Shown here: positions 19,036 to 23,690 of the stretch, in pieces
Position numbering within the stretch: position 1 is the first letter of the stretch
Layout of the letters: every line of letters starts with the position of its first letter
Origin: an uncultured Nitrososphaeraceae archaeon
GTDB taxonomy: Archaea; Thermoproteota; Nitrososphaeria; Nitrososphaerales; Nitrososphaeraceae
DNA: 23,690 nt
Reading direction: 5' to 3'
Assembly (NCBI GenBank): GCA_963729045.1
Contig: CAVSMN010000022.1
Location: forward strand, 1 to 23,690
Notes under the pieces: model-generated
The model's database searches: none
What the model was told of the DNA's origin: nothing
The model's input: only the letters and a program-made list of their open reading frames with translations
Made by a program: the position numbers and the translations under genes

Positions 19036-19348
19036 TTATCCCCGTAAAAAAGAAATATCATAATCTGATTCTTTTGTAGATGTGGATTTTAACTCAGGAC
19101 AATTGCTAAGTCACCATATCTAATTTTTGTAATTCCACATGAGATCGATTTGATATAGTCCCTTTTTCATAAGATGCAAGAAAATTTTCCTTATTTCCTT
19201 CCAGTGAATATAAATTATTTAGTATTTTACTGGCATTTTGTTTACATTGTTCTTCAAAAGCGAATGGGGCAAACAATCCTACTACTACTGTGGTTACGAT
19301 GATTATTGATATAGATAAAACTATGATGATTTTTTGGTTTTTTTCCAT
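19036..19348 (-). CDS. Small single-pass membrane protein; probable +1 frameshift near 19111 extends it to 19036
   Basis: N-terminal TM helix. A shifted frame after LDMV gives LSNCPELKSTSTKESDYDISFLRG, supplying a possible partner for the Cys in EEQCKQ. Confidence 0.55.
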
Positions 19349-19760
19349 AGTATATTGAATTAGTCAAATCGTATTATAATAAAGATATCTTGTATCTTGT
19401 TTATTGAGATGATTTCGTGTCCTCTTATAAACTTGGTATCTACTGATCTATTTATTCTCTTTTTACATCGTTCCCTTCAATCAGATAATTTCGTATTTCC
19501 TTGTCAGAAATACGACATTGTTAATTTCTATCTTAGGAAACTATAGATTTGTATGGACCAGCAACGACAATATCCGTGGTGGGCTACTAATGAAAATAAT
19601 TTGATGTACATTGCTATCATGATGTGTAGCAAAAAGATCTGCATTCTTAAATAATGATAATCAAAATTAGTTTTATTATCATGGATAGGTGCGAGAAGTA
19701 AGATGGGAGTAACAAATTAATCTAATGTGTTGGGAATTGGTATTGCCCAAGCCAAAAATA

Positions 19761-20408
19761 TTACGGATTGTCGTAGCATATAGCATATGCCTGTACAGTT
19801 AATGCTGAATCCATATTTGAACTCGTAGTAATTGTGGTGGTAAATGTGCTAAGAGAATCTGGAATTGCAGAATAAGAAATTACATTTCCATCAGTAATAT
19901 CATATAGGGATCCTCCTCCCAAGATCAAGTCACCGTTGTGACATGATGCAGTAGAGGAATAAGGGTTACCACCAGTTTTATCGGTCGGTCCATGAATTAT
20001 GTATATTTTTCCATCTAATGACGATGAACCAGTTGAAGATGATGAACCAGTTGAAGATGATGAACCAGAAACCACTACATTATTTGTGGTATCTGTGGAA
20101 CTGCTTACATGATTAGCATCAGTTGAACAACCTACACTAGATGTGCCTTTGGGACCAGTTGGACAACCTACACCTCCAATACTTTTCGCATTACCTTGAC
20201 CTATTTGACCTCCAGCATTACCTTGACCTATTTGACCTCCAGCATTACCTTGACCTATTTGACCTCCAGCATTCTCCATGCCTTGATTACCAAAATGAAA
20301 ATTACCTCTTTGCGCTAATGAAAAATTTAACAGATCGGGACAATAAGGAATAGTTAAAACTATAAAAACTAATCCACACATTAATAATGTACTATTTAAA
20401 AAAGTCAT
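19761..20408 (-). CDS. Secreted Gly/Ser-rich repeat protein with a C-terminal disulfide-capped beta domain
   Basis: Signal-like N-terminus, (NAGGQIGQG)x3, SSSTGS repeats, and C-terminal STASCHNGDLILGGG...VQAYAIC. Confidence 0.75.
   Translation of the reverse strand: MTFLNSTLLMCGLVFIVLTIPYCPDLLNFSLAQRGNFHFGNQGMENAGGQIGQGNAGGQIGQGNAGGQIGQGNAKSIGGVGCPTGPKGTSSVGCSTDANHVSSSTDTTNNVVVSGSSSSTGSSSSTGSSSLDGKIYIIHGPTDKTGGNPYSSTASCHNGDLILGGGSLYDITDGNVISYSAIPDSLSTFTTTITTSSNMDSALTVQAYAICYDNP
20023..20068. repeat. 18-bp tandem repeat (GATGAACCAGTTGAAGAT) x2.5
   Basis: Read directly. It lies in frame within 19761-20408. Confidence 0.9.
20188..20273. repeat. Perfect 27-bp tandem repeat (GCATTACCTTGACCTATTTGACCTCCA) x3 plus 5 bp
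   Basis: Read directly. It encodes NAGGQIGQG on the minus strand. Confidence 0.95.
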
Positions 20409-20757
20409 AATTTAGACATCAGAGAATGGTAATATAGATTTTATTCATCATACTTTATCTTGATGTTGCTGTCATAATAAAGATAGATAATCCATGGTAT
20501 TTTCCTTCCAAGTGTTTGGTCTCTATGTATATGTGGTTTGAGCTTATCTGAATGAATTTGCTAGCCGCAGAATGACATTTAACGAAGTTTAAACAGAATA
20601 TTCCTCTTTTTTGATGTGATACATCAATGCACGTATAAATGATGATGCTATCAAAAGACGTCTAATAATGTGTCTAATAGTGGTTAACATTTATGAGCAT
20701 TGTTATTAGAGATCCGTTAATTCTTTAAGAGAATGTCAGCCAAAAAGCAAACCATTG

Positions 20758-21705
20758 TTAATTATTTTTCAATCCTTGAGCAACTAGTATTGAATAACAT
20801 CCCAGTCCACATTTTTCACATATTGGCTTCATTGCTTTACTGTCGGAGCTTCCAATACAACAAGGCTGTTTTGACATTCCTTTATGATCCAACGATAATA
20901 TTGCCCACGAAGGACAGTCCACCGGAGTAGTTTTAATCCCTCCCCAGTTCCCTTTCATTAGTTCTAGTTGTTTTTCAGTGTTCATGATAAAATCTGGATA
21001 TTTAGTTCTTAATCTTTGAATATTATTAATTATATCAGTTCTTGTATCACCGAATGGTAACCAAAGCGGATCATTATCTGCGAAGGGTGTATGAAACTGA
21101 AACCCTATTTTATTTATCGTATCTTTCCATTCATCAATTAGATCTTCTATGGTGGTATAATTCAGAGAATTTATAGTCATTGTGATCCAAATGTCCTTCC
21201 AAGCTGGTTTTCCATTGCGATCGGGCCCGGAGATATAGTCTAAAATATTCTTTTTGGTTTTCGAATAAGCGCCTTTTCCTCTAATGCTATCATGAACTTT
21301 TTCTGTACCATCAAGAGATACCCAGTAAAAGTAAAGCTTGTCAAATCTTACTAAAGGATAAGTACCGTTAGTTACTACACATATTCTTCTAGGCATCTCA
21401 TCACAAAAAACCTTTATGATATCTTGACGCATCATTGGCTCGCCTCCAACGAGTGTAACTACATAGACATGATGTTTTTTAAAGGTCTGTTTTATTATTT
21501 CTTTCCAGTCCCCGGGACTCAACTCGTCTAGTTCATTTCTTCTAGTTTTCCACCAGTAACAATGGGAACAATGCAAATTGCAGACGTTGATAATATCTGC
21601 AGAACCATAGAGAAATGGTTTAGATTTAAAAAACTTTATAGACATATATTTACTTAGGATACTAAAAATTGTAGGAGCGTCTTTTATTATATCGGTTATA
21701 CCCAT
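20758..21705 (-). CDS. Radical SAM enzyme with a C-terminal Cys-rich (SPASM/twitch-like) extension; start uncertain (21726 TTG or 21705 ATG)
   Basis: CNLHCSHC (CxxxCxxC), GGEP, VTNG and VSLDG..VHDSIRG motifs. C-terminal DCP, PCC and CEKCGLGC. Confidence 0.88.
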   Translation of the reverse strand: MGITDIIKDAPTIFSILSKYMSIKFFKSKPFLYGSADIINVCNLHCSHCYWWKTRRNELDELSPGDWKEIIKQTFKKHHVYVVTLVGGEPMMRQDIIKVFCDEMPRRICVVTNGTYPLVRFDKLYFYWVSLDGTEKVHDSIRGKGAYSKTKKNILDYISGPDRNGKPAWKDIWITMTINSLNYTTIEDLIDEWKDTINKIGFQFHTPFADNDPLWLPFGDTRTDIINNIQRLRTKYPDFIMNTEKQLELMKGNWGGIKTTPVDCPSWAILSLDHKGMSKQPCCIGSSDSKAMKPICEKCGLGCYSILVAQGLKNN

Positions 21706-22500
21706 ACCGTATACAAGATCTACCAATAGTAATCATAGATAATATAGATTCCAAAGTATATTAATAATACGCGCATTTAGACATATTCTTTAGTGGATCT
21801 GCACTTTTTTGGATAGGGTTAAACTTTCCATATTTCTCTTCTATGATTAATGTCCAATTCAATTAGAATGTCGTAAAAAAAGTATTTGGACAAATTGATC
21901 ATAAATGACATACAAGTATTTTTATGTTCAAGATTTATCATTTCTCCTCATTACTTCCACTTGTATTAGTAGGGTTAGTTCAAATTCAGGTTTTCATCCA
22001 ATGTACTGGTCATCGATAACATAAAATATCTATATTATTTCCGTATTCTATTTCTACAATATCCTATGGAGTAATTTGGATTTAAATAAGTTGTTCTATA
22101 ATTGCAAGAAACTATGACCTGCTACAATACTGTTTGTTTCTCTCTCTGAAGTTTTATCATGGTATTTTTCTAAAGCATTCCCCAAACAAATCCAATCTAT
22201 TTTCCATCAATTGAGCAATGTCCATAAAAAATGGAATTTCTTTTATGTACTCTTAATAGTGCTATGTATGTTATCAGGTGCGGTAAACTGAGATATTGCC
22301 TTGAAAAGATAACACAAAAATGGTCAATTATGACCTAATTATTCTATCCGTTATTCTAGTTCCAGATCATGCTGTTTGCTATTGAATTAATGGTTCATGT
22401 GAAGGAATCATTTTTAATAGATATTGAAATGATGATTAACATGAACTGAAAACGATATCCATCATAATATACTTAAGAGACATGGTATGTATATAGTAAT

Positions 22501-22860
22501 ATGGTAATAGAAAAAAGTTATAATAATAATCACCTTCCCTTCCTGTCATTAGATTCTCTTCATAAAAGCACTGTGATAAATCAGACAAAAAATGAAAGTA
22601 TTGTTGTCATAGCTGAAGAACAATCAAATGAAAATGTGGAAACATCTTTTCGCCAAAGATATTCTCAAGAATTAAGAACTAAGAAACAGCAAATATATGA
22701 TATAGAAAGAGGATTTAATGAGTTAGACGACGAAAGAAGAAGTGTTAGACAGCAAATGATGCGAACTCCTGGACGAAGAGGAGAGATTATAAAAGAAGAA
22801 GAAATCTCAAAGGAATTTAGCAGGAGATTTTATGAAACTCCAGAGATACGTACAAATTAG
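22501..22860 (+). CDS. Hypothetical protein with a charged, helical C-terminal half
   Basis: 119-aa ATG ORF rich in R/E/K/Q, purine-rich coding-like composition and a T-tract downstream. Confidence 0.65.
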   Translation: MVIEKSYNNNHLPFLSLDSLHKSTVINQTKNESIVVIAEEQSNENVETSFRQRYSQELRTKKQQIYDIERGFNELDDERRSVRQQMMRTPGRRGEIIKEEEISKEFSRRFYETPEIRTN

Positions 22861-23432
22861 ATTTCCTTCACTACCTCACATAATATCATAATTTTTATAT
22901 CGTTTTATCTCCAAAAAATAAAGTTTTTACCAGTTTATAGAATTGTACTTCATGTTAGGGGCGTTTATTCGTATTTTGGTCATCATATCAACATGATCTA
23001 GCCTTGCTTATAGCAAAGATACGTTAGTGGGTGTTTCTAAACATGTTTTGAAACTCTCTTCAACCCTGATGGCATCACTTTTTATTTGATCTTGTGATTC
23101 ATACATCGTTATAAAAATAATGACTATCAAAATTTGAATTGGTAAAATATGTTCTAATAATATTTATTCGAAATAAAGGCTAAATTAAATCTAAATATAC
23201 CCAAAAGTCAAAAAGAAATGATCTTCCTTTGATTAACCTCTACTTGTAATATATTACCATTAGCAGCGATCACCAAATCTTCAGAATTGTTGGATGAGAT
23301 GATGGTTAGATAATGAAAGAAAGCTTTGTTGGGTTCTATTGCAATTACTTTATGTCTGGTTTTTATCTTATTATATATGCTATTTAGTATTATTTTGATA
23401 ATCCTTAATATGTATCATGTATATCTTAAGTT

Positions 23433-23570
23433 ATGAGTAACATGGATAACATTCAATTGTTAATGTGTAAGAATTGTACCCATTCAAAGGATGAGCATAG
23501 ACAACAACCCAGTGGCCCAAGATTTTATGATCATCGCTGTTTATTTTGTAAGTGCCAGCAATTCACATAA
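23433..23570 (+). CDS. 45-aa Cys/His zinc-finger-like microprotein, not in the ORF track
   Basis: MSNMDNIQLLMCKNCTHSKDEHRQQPSGPRFYDHRCLFCKCQQFT, pattern CxxCxHx4H...HxCxxCxCxxF. A T-rich tract follows the stop. Confidence 0.7.
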   Translation: MSNMDNIQLLMCKNCTHSKDEHRQQPSGPRFYDHRCLFCKCQQFT

Positions 23571-23690
23571 AGTTATTTTTTTGTCTCATTTCTATTATTC
23601 TCATTAATGACGTGAGTGCCTGATTCTAGTTGTACAAGTAATATTCCTCTGATAATTCATACCACTCATCATTATTGCCATTTCTTTATA

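Noticed and set aside
20141..20353. ORF with HYLDLFDLQ repeats, or a mini-CRISPR reading of the 27-bp repeats
   Set aside because: Antisense shadow of the coding repeat. The units are contiguous with no spacers, and there are no cas genes.
20758..21726. Assigning the radical SAM enzyme as PqqE, MoaA or a GDGT synthase (Tes/Grs)
   Set aside because: No pqq or moa neighbours, no B12-binding domain, and too short for Tes/Grs. Not supportable without a search.
22927..23130. Minus-strand frame LIVIIFITMYESQDQ...VSLL-stop-ARLDHVDMM...
   Set aside because: Possibly a broken small gene, but it has no recognisable motif or clear start.

Overview
AT-rich archaeal window whose gene content (MpgS, secreted VFAQ/AYG-signal proteins, PQQ/cupredoxin proteins, proteasome subunits) points to an ammonia-oxidising Nitrososphaeraceae (Nitrosocosmicus-like) genome; the taxonomy is inference. 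It encodes a GT2-GtrA glycosyltransferase, mannosyl-3-phosphoglycerate synthase, a six-blade Kelch protein, a PQQ sugar-dehydrogenase/cupredoxin fusion, a VOC protein, many secreted low-complexity or His/Met-rich proteins, a divergent SRPBCC/ArsR pair, a radical SAM enzyme and two unannotated small ORFs. Several genes are broken by single-base indels or one TAG, probably sequencing error, and were rebuilt by hand. The standout is a compact beta-alpha proteasome operon (10065-11362). Its beta subunit starts Met-Thr1 with no propeptide but keeps all catalytic residues. Its alpha subunit has lost the Tyr8/Asp9/Pro17/Tyr26 gate cluster. An inverted repeat brackets its candidate TATA box. Together these suggest a non-canonical, separately regulated second 20S proteasome.
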